From positions 165,192,308 to 165,256,307 of the forward strand of contig NC_068981.1 of NCBI RefSeq assembly GCF_001194135.2: 64,000 nt of DNA. The letters run 5' to 3'. The DNA comes from Octopus bimaculoides (taxonomy: Eukaryota). This document shows, piece after piece, positions 53,223-64,000 of the stretch (positions are counted from its first letter, which is position 1; each line of letters starts with the position of its first letter). Under the pieces are notes generated by a model, which worked only from the letters and a program-made list of their open reading frames with translations, made no database searches and was not told where the DNA came from. Made by a program: the position numbers and the translations under genes.

Positions 53223-54328
53223 TGTGTGTGCTTGTTGTCAAAGATATACATATCAGAAATGTCATTTATCTTAGAGTGTATTAACGATTAGTCCCCGGAG
53301 TCCTTAAAGTGGCTTAAATGTTTCGGTGATTTTTCCGTCATTGCTGCAACAAATGTTGGGATTTAAGAAGGAAGATTAAAGGATGTAAACAAAAAAAGAA
53401 AGAAAGAAAGAAAGGAAACAAACAAAGAAAAAATAATAAGCGAATCAACTAAAGGAAAGAAAAAAAAACAACAGCGAATCACCTTTCTTTGAAACTCTGG
53501 TTTGGTGGGTTCCAACAACGGCCATTTTCTGTTGTTACTAGAATAGAAACAAAACTTGACAAACATAGATGACTATCGTAAAACTAAAAGAAAGAAAAAA
53601 GATGACTTCTTGCCTCTGTGTTATATGTGTATTTACGTATAGCCTGAAGTCGTACCTTAAACTAAGTCTTTTGTGTACGGTGCATGGTGTGTGTTCGTTG
53701 TGTCAGTGTGTGGGGAACAAAGCACAGATTATTGGTTGGTCACCTGAGAAATAAAGATCGATGCGTCTTGACAAGACATCCTGCTTCTAGCTGTGTATAT
53801 ATCTATCTATCTACCTATCTATCTTTCTATATATCAATGTATCTTTTTACCCATCTGTCTATCCACAGAACATTCGTCATTAAGAGACCCGCTTTTTGCA
53901 AAGCTGGTTGGTCACCTGAGCAAACGAACAACCTACTTTGTCAAATGATGGGTTTCCGTGAAACCTCTTGTGGATTGGTTGCAACAAGATCGACATTTAA
54001 TCTAATATTACTATTGTTGTTATTTTTATCATTGTTATTATTATCATTGGAACTATGAGGAAGCGACATTATCTTATCTTCTTATCGCGATCAGCTCAAA
54101 TAGAGCGATCTATAAGTATCGGTCTCTGCTTACGATTAGACGAAAAACACTTATAATCTATTGTTCCAGGTGATTAACTTATCTATACTACCAGTGAACC
54201 GGCTTAAATATCTTCACAAAGTTCCTGTCTCTTAACTTTTACACATAACTCTGACAGACATTAAATAGAAACAATTAGGAATTTCGAATCATTTTCTTAT
54301 ATATATATATGTATATATACATATGTAC

Positions 54329-54361
<33 letters not shown>

Positions 54362-54920
54362 NNNNNNNNNNNNNNNNNNNNNNNNNNNNNNNNNNNNNNN
54401 NNNNNNNNNNNNNNNNNNNNNNNNNNNNNNNNNNNNNNNNNNNNNNNNNNNNNNNNNNNNNNNNNNNNNNNNNNNNNNNNNNNNNNNNNNNNNNNNNNNN
54501 NNNNNNNNNNNNNNNNNNNNNNNNNNNNNNNNNNNNNNNNNNNNNNNNNNNNNNNNNNNNNNNNNNNNNNNNNNNNNNNNNNNNNNNNNNNNNNNNNNNN
54601 NNNNNNNNNNNNNNNNNNNNNNNNNNNNNNNNNNNNNNNNNNNNNNNNNNNNNNNNNNNNNNNNNNNNNNNNNTATATATATATATATATTCATACAAAC
54701 GCACATACACACATACACATTCATACACACGCACGCATGCATACATATACAGATTGAGAATTTGTATATATATATATATTCATACATATACACATTAACC
54801 TGTATATACATGCATGTGTGTGTGTGTTTGTGTGTGTGTGTGGATGCATTCACATTCACAAACATAGAGTTTGCAGTATATAAGTGTATGTTTGTGTGTG
54901 TATATATATATATACATAGA

Positions 54921-55019
54921 GAGAAGAAGAAGAAGAAGAAGAAGAAGAAGAAGAAGAAGAAGAAGAAGAAGAAGAAGAAGAAGAAGAAGAAGAAGAAGAA
55001 GAAGAAGAAGAAGAAGAAG

Positions 55020-55066
<47 letters not shown>
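54921..55066. repeat. (AAG)n(AAC)n microsatellite
   Basis: Directly visible. Confidence 0.95.
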
Positions 55067-55251
55067 ATATGGATGGCTGAAAAAAGGAGGGGAGAGCAAG
55101 AATAGCCGAGTGAATGTAATATTGGATATAACGTCCATAACTGATGATTTCAAATCCACTGCAAATCTTTCGTATATTACTTGGTCAAACCACTTCATTT
55201 TAGAAAGGAAAGTTTATGTACTTGTTATGCAGATTTTCCCATAGTGTTACC

Positions 55252-55320
<69 letters not shown>

Positions 55321-55897
55321 NNNNNNNNNNNNNNNNNNNNNNNNNNNNNNNNNNNNNNNNNNNNNNNNNNNNNNNNNNNNNNNNNNNNNNNNNNNNNNNN
55401 NNNNNNNNNNNNNNNNNNNNNNNNNNNNNNNNNNNNNNNNNNNNNNNNNNNNNNNNNNNNNNNNNNNNNNNNNNNNNNNNNNNNNNNNNNNNNNNNNNNN
55501 NNNNNNNNNNNNNNNNNNNNNNNNNNNNNNNNNNNNNNNNNNNNNNNNNNNNNNNNNNNNNNNNNNNNNNNNNNNNNNNNNNNNNNNNNNNNNNNNNNNN
55601 NNNNNNNNNNNNNNNNNNNNNNNNNNNNNNNNNNNNNNNNNNNNNNNNNNNNNNNNNNNNNNNNNNNNNNNNNNNNNNNNNNNNNNNNNNNNNNNNNNNN
55701 NNNNNNNNNNNNNNNNNNNNNNNNNNNNNNNNNNNNNNNNNNNNNNNNNNNNNNNNNNNNNNNNNNNNNNNNNNNNNNNNNNNNNNNNNNNNNNNNNNNN
55801 NNNNNNNNNNNNNNNNNNNNNNNNNNNNNNNNNNNNNNNNNNNNNNNNNNNNNNNNNNNNNNNNNNNNNNNNNNNNNNNNNNNNNNNNNNNNNNNNN

Positions 55898-55956
<59 letters not shown>

Positions 55957-56891
55957 TGTGCATGTGTGTGTGTGTATGTGTGTAATTGTTCGTCCGTCAA
56001 TTCTGCGAATGGCTTTAACCACTGTCAAAAATAAATAAGTGAACATATATAAGTAGAAAGACTGAAAGAAAGAAGAAAATAAACAAGAGATGTTTAAAGT
56101 TACTAAGTTTGTTCATTGATAATCTATGAAGACAATGGCTTCATCCATACAACATTTCGACAAGGGATGCAATCTCCTAGTGGGAGTCAGAAAACCACGA
56201 CTGCTCCGGCATACACCACACCTTCTAAAACAACAGAATTGGTGATATTTCATTAGCCTAGATCTGCGGAATATCCTTGTCACCACAGCAAGACTATTTG
56301 ACTCATAGCAGGAGATGTCAATTATATGCTACACTGACTCACACTCACTAGACACCGATGTTAGACTAACGCAAGCTTGTTTTAAAAGTGATAAAGATCT
56401 ACACGCACATTTGAACGAAGAGATCTCCAAATTTCGCAGGACCAACTAATTTGGTGTGATTCCAGTTTGTAAAGCATCATTCCAGTTCTTAGTCCCGCAT
56501 CGTGGTTGCTGTCCCAGAATGGCAATATTTTACCATGTGCACCGGTTACTACCATCGGCCTGCTGTCGCCATCTTCGAAGTTGTGAAGATGAAGGCCACG
56601 TATTTTCTTCTATGCTTTTTTTGATTAAATATAAACATGTCACTAGACGCGCGCTCATATGTAATATCCGTACGAACACATCGATACGTTATTGGATGTC
56701 CATTTATTTAGTAGAGATTATCTACCCCATGACAGGTCTTCTTTTTCATCCTGGTGGTGTGGTGGAGTGCCAGTTTAGTCGCTGTCTATATAATCCATTA
56801 CACACAGACACACACACACATATATATATACATAGGATTTTGATTATTGATAAAAAAACGTGTTCGTGGCTGTATTTATATATATGTATGT

Positions 56892-56926
<35 letters not shown>

Positions 56927-58748
56927 NNNNNNNNNNNNNNNNNNNNNNNNNNNNNNNNNNNNNNNNNNNNNNNNNNNNNNNNNNNNNNNNNNNNNNNNNN
57001 NNNNNNNNNNNNNNNNNNNNNNNNNNNNNNNNNNNNNNNNNNNNNNNNNNNNNNNNNNNNNNNNNNNNNNNNNNNNNNNNNNNNNNNNNNNNNNNNNNNN
57101 NNNNNNNNNNNNNNNNNNNNNNNNNNNNNNNNNNNNNNNNNNNNNNNNNNNNNNNNNNNNNNNNNNNNNNNNNNNNNNNNNNNNNNNNNNNNNNNNNNNN
57201 NNNNNNNNNNNNNNNNNNNNNNNNNNNNNNNNNNNNNNNNNNNNNNNNNNNNNNNNNNNNNNNNNNNNNNNNNNNNNNNNNNNNNNNNNNNNNNNNNNNN
57301 NNNNNNNNNNNNNNNNNNNNNNNNNNNNNNNNNNNNNNNNNNNNNNNNNNNNNNNNNNNNNNNNNNNNNNNNNNNNNNNNNNNNNNNNNNNNNNNNNNNN
57401 NNNNNNNNNNNNNNNNNNNNNNNNNNNNNNNNNNNNNNNNNNNNNNNNNNNNNNNNNNNNNNNNNNNNNNNNNNNNNNNNNNNNNNNNNNNNNNNNNNNN
57501 NNNNNNNNNNNNNNNNNNNNNNNNNNNNNNNNNNNNNNNNNNNNNNNNNNNNNNNNNNNNNNNNNNNNNNNNNNNNNNNNNNNNNNNNNNNNNNNNNNNN
57601 NNNNNNNNNNNNNNNNNNNNNNNNNNNNNNNNNNNNNNNNNNNNNNNNNNNNNNNNNNNNNNNNNNNNNNNNNNNNNNNNNNNNNNNNNNNNNNNNNNNN
57701 NNNNNNNNNNNNNNNNNNNNNNNNNNNNNNNNNNNNNNNNNNNNNNNNNNNNNNNNNNNNNNNNNNNNNNNNNNNNNNNNNNNNNNNNNNNNNNNNNNNN
57801 NNNNNNNNNNNNNNNNNNNNNNNNNNNNNNNNNNNNNNNNNNNNNNNNNNNNNNNNNNNNNNNNNNNNNNNNNNATATATATATACGTATATACAGATAT
57901 ACATACTTATTTATATATACATACAAGTGTGTAATTATATGTATGTAGGTATGAATGTATTTGAATACATACATTATATACATATTTATCTGTTTGTCTG
58001 CTGCCCTAGTTTTGAATTTATTCATTGTGTTTCTGCTTATATTCTTATATTCTTTATTTGTTTTATTTTCTGATTATATTAAAAACAATAACATGAGACC
58101 TGGAAGAAGAAAATGAAATATTTATAGTCAAGTTTTATGAAAATAGTTTTCCTTAATTAAGATAAATTCCGTAGATTTTCTCCACCTTTGCCATAGCATA
58201 TCGAGAGCTTTGATCTAGAATTACTTCCCTTTTTAATAAAACAAACCAAGGAAAAATGGTAAATAAATAACCTGCCATAAGTCGCAGAGGGGTGCCAATA
58301 CTGAGCTTGAAAATTTAAAAAGAATATGCAGCATGAATCATTTACTTAGTGGGGGATACAAATTTTTTTGCTTAGTTTTGTCATTTCAATTCCCCTTGCT
58401 GTTAATTGAGACAAATAATCTTAGATCCTAAGAATTTAAAAGAAAAATCTATGAAATAAAAAAGAAATGGAACTATAAAGTATAAATTAAAATGTGTAAA
58501 CAGTTACACAGATAATAAACAGAAAAATCTTTAGCGTATTAGCAGAGATAAGTTGAATTAAATCTAAAGGACTTAAGAAATGAACGAGGTTGCTTCTCTC
58601 TTTCTCTATGTTTTTCTCAGTTAGATGTCATGTTATTTCAACTAGGTTTCGCTGATGTATTTTAGACATGATGGATGTCATCACATCATACTCTGCGAAG
58701 ATTGTTACTGCCGTATGGCATCTTCATATCAACCTCTACTTCACTTAC

Positions 58749-58826
58749 GCTTAGAATGGAAGCCATGCTGTGCGACACTTCCCGTAACACGTTCTCATAC
58801 TCGCGTTCTCGATTTCTCACTGACAT
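58749..58826 (-). CDS. Candidate first coding exon of an unidentified gene (MSVRNREREYENVLREVSHSMASILS)
   Basis: ATG at 58826, 26 open codons and donor AGC|GTAAGT in non-repetitive sequence. No homology recognised. Confidence 0.25.
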
Positions 58827-59899
58827 ACTCTCTTTCGTCTTCCTTTCTTTCTCTCTCTCTCTCTCTCCCTCTTTCTCTTTCTTTCTCTCTCCTTCTCTCC
58901 TCCTAATGTCTTTTCCTTTTTTCTTTTTCCCAATTCGGTAGTAGCAAGCTTGACAAAAGCAACTGAATCAGAATAGACTATAGTACGGGACGTATATACG
59001 TGTTCGTTAATTGAGAAGTTGACATCTTTTGCTTGCAATGCAGTTTTGATATTACTGTATAAAACGCTTAATTTTCAAACGTAGTGGTACAGCAGCAATT
59101 AACGGAATTACTTGGAAAGAGCCTAACTACCACTCATTTTTATACTTGTGGAACCAAAAACCCAATCTTCAGGAATTCGATAGTGTTAAGAATAATTTTT
59201 TTCTCTAATTCTATTGTTGACGAAGATAAATTTTCACAAAATTACATTGACAAATGATCAATCGATTAAAAATATATTGGAGGATGTAAAGGCAGGTGTA
59301 AAGTGATTAGAATCCAGAAAGTGGATACTAATACATGTTACTGTTAAAAGAGTTGAAAAGGACAAGGAACAGCACGAGGCCAGTAAAAAGGAAGATGGCC
59401 CATATCACAAGACAACCCCTAGAAGAAAGGCAAAAAGGAGGCTGGGAATCTTTTACGTTGAGAATTCTATGTCTTTGGAGATGCTGAAACTTACAATCCT
59501 CCAAAGGAGTAACCACAAAGTACTTGAAATGGTATGGGAGAAGAAAAAAGGACAAATAACAGATTGCACTGAATGCACACGAAACAACGATCGAATACCT
59601 AATTGCTCTTCTTTTACGAGGATAGATTGTTGTTCGAAAACTACCTCAGTGGCCTTCGATCGCTAAGGGATCATTTCCCAGAGGTCGTGGGCCTTTTTGC
59701 TGCACGGCAAAGATCAAATGCTCACGGGCAATTTCAGAGTACACACTTTACGGGTGACTGAAGTGGAAGGTTGTCAATGTTATGAGTCTTATGAACTTAA
59801 GAATTGTTTAACGTGTCCATACTTTGTATTATGTTCTTTGTTCTATTCGCTGCTAATTATATATAAGTACATCACAATGTAGTAGCATTGTGTATTGTT

Positions 59900-60250
59900 T
59901 GTAAAGAATAAAATGTTTTGAAAGGTATAACAATGCACTATAATACAAAAAATGGACTATATACCTGTTGTAATTTAGTTATCCATAGTCCGATGATATT
60001 TCGGAATACAATTCCTTCTTCAGATCTTCTTAGATGGAGTCTCTGCTATAAACTGTTTTCCAACGGCTTTTCTTTTTTTTTTTTTTTTTTTTTTTTTTTT
60101 CTTTTTTTTCTTCGGAAGCGTCTCAGACGCTTCAGAAACTGTATTCCGAAATATCATCGGACTATAGATAACTAAATTACAACAGGTATATAGTCCATTT
60201 TTTGTATTATAGTGCATAGTTGTACCATTCAAAACTTTTTATTCTTTACA
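59900..60250. mobile_element. MITE-like / foldback element with about 111-bp inverted arms
   Basis: 59900-60010 is the reverse complement of 60140-60250 with only a handful of mismatches; the spacer of about 130 bp contains poly-T. Confidence 0.8.
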
Positions 60251-60370
60251 TCACAATGTATTTTGCAACACTTTTAGCTGTATAAACTGAGCATCGACGC
60301 CGTTACTGAAGAAGGTAGAGGACAAAAGACAATTGTTAATGTCTGGTCATAACTACAAAGATAACGATTC

Positions 60371-60575
60371 TGAGCTGGCAGAATCTTTAGAGCTTGAGAA
60401 AAATGCTCTGCAGTATTTTTTCCATCTCTTTATGTTCTTTCAACCCAGTGAAGCTCAATTTAGCTTTCGTTCTTTTCGAGTCGATAAAATAAAGTACCAG
60501 ACAAGTACTAGGATCGATATAATCGACTGACCCCCACTTCAGAAGTTACTGACTTTTTACCTAAATTTAAAACAA
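60371..60575 (+). mobile_element. SINE family B
   Basis: tgagctggcagaatc head; gtcgataaaataaagtaccag body. Confidence 0.8.
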
Positions 60576-60594
60576 TTGTTAAAGAAAGGACTTT

Positions 60595-60634
60595 TATTAT
60601 TATTATTATTGTTATTATTATTATTATTATTATT

Positions 60635-60667
<33 letters not shown>

Positions 60668-60694
60668 ATTGTTGTTGTTGTTGTTGTTGTTGTT

Positions 60695-60745
<51 letters not shown>

Positions 60746-60748
60746 TTT
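60595..60748. repeat. (TTA)n/(TTG)n microsatellite
   Basis: Directly visible. Confidence 0.95.
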
Positions 60749-61387
60749 ATTGAGTGTCCCTAATTTAAGTGAATTTATGTACAATTTTCGTGGTTCTTTT
60801 TTACTAATGTAAGTTAGATTTGTTCTGTTTATTTTATTGTTATACTAAAGACTGGATGAGGTGTTATATATCCTACCTCATTTACAGTAAAAAGTTTTTT
60901 TTATATTCTTTATTATTATAATGCTATAGCGGTGATAGTCGGCAATGTTTTTTTCATTTTTTTATTATTATTTTTTTTTTTTTGCTTTTCAAAAGAATTA
61001 GCTAACTTTCTCTTACGGCGTGAAGTTAAAAAGAATGGAAATATTTTTTGTATTAATAACATTTGCCAATAATATTAACAACAATAATAATAATGTCTAT
61101 AATTCAGGCAATATTAAGCATTGTCGATGTGAATAGAAATAAAAACGTAATACATAAATACAGGCACGTGAAAATTGATGCAACAAGCACAATGACAGTT
61201 TTCATAATGTTTACAAAGACAAAGGAAATGTTAAAACTGAAGAAACAAAATACATTTTAAAGAATAATATAGTTTAATTTCCAAAGGACGCAAGAAGAAT
61301 GGAAGAAATAGGGCAAAAGAGGAGAATACTGACTATGGAGGGGACGGATCGCTAATGGTTTAATTGATGTCATTTTTAAGTTGGAGG

Positions 61388-61845
61388 AAAACAGTGAGCT
61401 AGCAGAATCGTTAGTGCGTCGAACAAATTGATAAGCAACATTTTTTCTGGTTCTTTACGTTCTAAGTTCAAATCTTGCTGATGCTGACTTTGTACTGACT
61501 TTGCCTTTCATCATTTCGGACTCGATAAAATAAAGTTCCAGCCAAGTACAGAGGTTGATATAATCTATTTTCCCTACCCTGAAACTTTCTAGCTTTATGC
61601 TAACATTTGAAACGATACGGCAAACGATTTGAAACGATTGACAGAATCGATACCGCATCGGATAAAATGTTTAGCGGGCATTTCTTTCGGCTGCTTACTT
61701 CCTGAATTCAAATTCGACCGCGGTCGACTTTGTCGTTCATCCTTTCGGGATCGCTAAAATAAAGTACCAGTCAAGTATTGAGGTCAATATTATCGACATC
61801 CTCCTCTCCTCAAAATTGTTGGCCTGGTGCAAGAATTAGAAAGAA
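61388..61845 (+). mobile_element. Two tandem SINE family B copies (61388-61613; 61636-61845)
   Basis: Both carry the gcagaatcg head, aattcaaat/agttcaaat B box and aaaataaagt(a/t)ccag body. Confidence 0.82.
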
Positions 61846-63031
61846 TTTTTATGTTAGAGGAATTAACAAGAAAATGCACAGGAGTAATACAGGTTTCAAC
61901 ATGTTTCTTACTAGTGCCTTATTACAGAAGAAAGTATCGTGAATGTGAAGGCAATACTTGCAGAGATACAAGAGAAGTTGTGAAAATTACGTAAACCTCC
62001 TCAGGTCCTTCCAGCTGCTTGCAAAAGTACTGAATGGATTTTCAAGGGCAACAACGCAAACTTCAACTCCTAGAAGGCTGCCTATGCTGTATTTAGGAAT
62101 ATTTATTTAAATGTAAGGATTGTTTGGATTCCAAACATTTTTATAGCTGGCTACACAAACTTCAGGTTTGTAATCTGTACGGATAATTGATATTGGAGGT
62201 TTAGTCAATAACCTGACTACTTGAAATTGAACGCATCATTTAAAGCGCTAAAAACCAAAATTGACCGGATTAATGAGCTAATTAAGCGAGTACGATGGAT
62301 GTGATCTTAACAAAAATGTTGAGTGGATTAAAAAACAAATTGCATTAGATTCATTGAAGTTGAATAAAGAACTAATGATATAAAACATTAAATAGCAGGA
62401 TGGTTAGTAGATAGTTTAAAAACGGCTTGCAAAAAGACATGTCGGCCGAGATATTAGTAGTAGTGATGATGAACCTTGTTTCTTGGACACTAGAAAACAA
62501 AGGTTTACGTTCTTTGTTCTAAGGTGCATGCACTAAAACACGAAGATACAAAGTTGTTCGATGGATTTGGAGGCATCACAGTCACTATACAGTTTTTCAT
62601 TAACCATAATCGGTGCAGTTGCTGTTTCAAGAATGATCTGTGTTACAAGCTTACAAAATTTGTTCACAACTGTCACTGCAAGTACATACTGCTACTGACA
62701 GCAAATTGAATACTTACAGATGTACGTGCTGAGGAATGATTCGAATAAGAAAGACATAATAGCTATAGCTTTATTATGTACAAAGCTAATGATTCTAATA
62801 AAGGGAATGATGTAGGGGTCAGCATTTGTCCTTCATAATGTTGTTGGCAATGGACGGATATATGAGACTCCGCTAAGTCCACTTCATGAGATTTAAGGTA
62901 AAACGGCATGGTTTTAGATCTGATTTTAATAGCGTGCTGAGTAACTAAGTTATGAGAAGGTGATTTCACCTCTATTTTTAGCATGTCAAGTGACCACGTA
63001 GAATCTTTATTGCTGGCTTAAGGTTCATTAT

Positions 63032-64000
63032 TGGGTCAGGTCAGGTCAGGTATAGGGGCATGCACTGTGCATTGCGCCGCTGCATCTACCATTTGTCGGT
63101 ATCTGCACGGGTTGTCCTGGGTAACTCTTAGAGCAGTGTCTCTCTCAGTTCTCATCTTCGCGAAATACTCTCTCATCCGCTGTGACCATGAGGCATGTGA
63201 CCGACTAACACGAGCAGCCAACCCAACCTGATCCCGAGAGAAAAGACTACGGCACGCATGAACCAAATCGAAAAATCGTGGTTGAATACGAAATCTGACC
63301 AAAGGTAGATTATAATTCTGCGAAGCGTCCTGGTTCCAAGGGAGTTCAGACATTTCCTAAGGGCTTCGGACAGTGTCTCAGTCTCACTATTATAGAGCAG
63401 GACAGGGAGGACCAGAGAATAAGGTCTCGAACCTTTTTCCGCATGCTCAGGATATCGACAGAGCCAAACACCCTTGCTCATCAAGTCCACAACTACACCA
63501 GCACGTCCAAGTCTTTTTACGACTCCGGGCTTGCAGCATCAACAATTTAGACATTCTTACCCGCAATAGAGAGAGGCTACTTGGAATCTCCATGGAGTCA
63601 ACGAAAGTCTAGATCTTTGCCTTGACCCAAGAAATAACAAGGCCAAATAGTTCCGCTTCCTCACTTAGTGAAAGGTGAGCACATCCAGTGACTCAACAAG
63701 AATCACTATATCATAAGCGAAATCCGAGTCACTAATCCTGGTTTCGCCCAATGAGCGCTCCAACCAAACTGCGCTCACTCTTCCTGTATATAAGACTGCC
63801 ATCGCCCCGACCATCGGGGTAGTATACCTCGTAGCTCCACAATCCTCCAGACACATATATGTCCACTGAGTCAAAGGCCTTGCGGAGGTCGACATAAGCT
63901 GCGAGTAGCCCCTACCAAAAACCCCACATTTCTCCGATGAGTACACGGTGTCAGAATCCTGTCACTAGTTAACCTCTTTGGAGTGAACTATGACGGCTCC
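63032..64000 (-). mobile_element. RTE-clade LINE 3' portion (decayed RT + C-terminus), runs off the window end
   Basis: LYTGRVSAV..RISDSDFAYDIV (FADD-like), SLVLPVLLYNSET..LRRII.YLWSDFV, DNPCRYRQMVDAA; (CCTGA)n tail at 63035-63050. Confidence 0.9.

Overview
Repeat-dense, AT-rich eukaryotic genomic DNA with 16 N-gaps and very many microsatellites. The SINE/LINE families look like those of a coleoid cephalopod, probably Octopus; this is inferred from repeat recognition, not from a search. No confidently identifiable protein-coding gene, tRNA/rRNA gene or CRISPR array is present, and nearly all long ORFs in the supplied track are microsatellite or N-gap artefacts. Recognisable content: three tRNA-derived SINE families plus an (AAC)n-tailed repeat family; decayed R4/Dong-type RLE retrotransposons next to (TAA)n tracts; Penelope-like elements of apparently three lineages, including a Naiad-like RT + GIY-YIG copy; CR1 and RTE LINE 3' ends; mariner remnants and MITEs; and a Helentron/HINE-like element nested in a SINE. 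The most interesting signals are: (i) three minimal type-I hammerhead-ribozyme-like motifs in different sequence contexts; (ii) an R4-type element that kept both ends but lost its whole RT and carries a perfect 266-bp palindrome; (iii) a SINE 3' tail that mirrors the CR1 3' end; (iv) a speculative, phase-compatible chain of small minus-strand exons.
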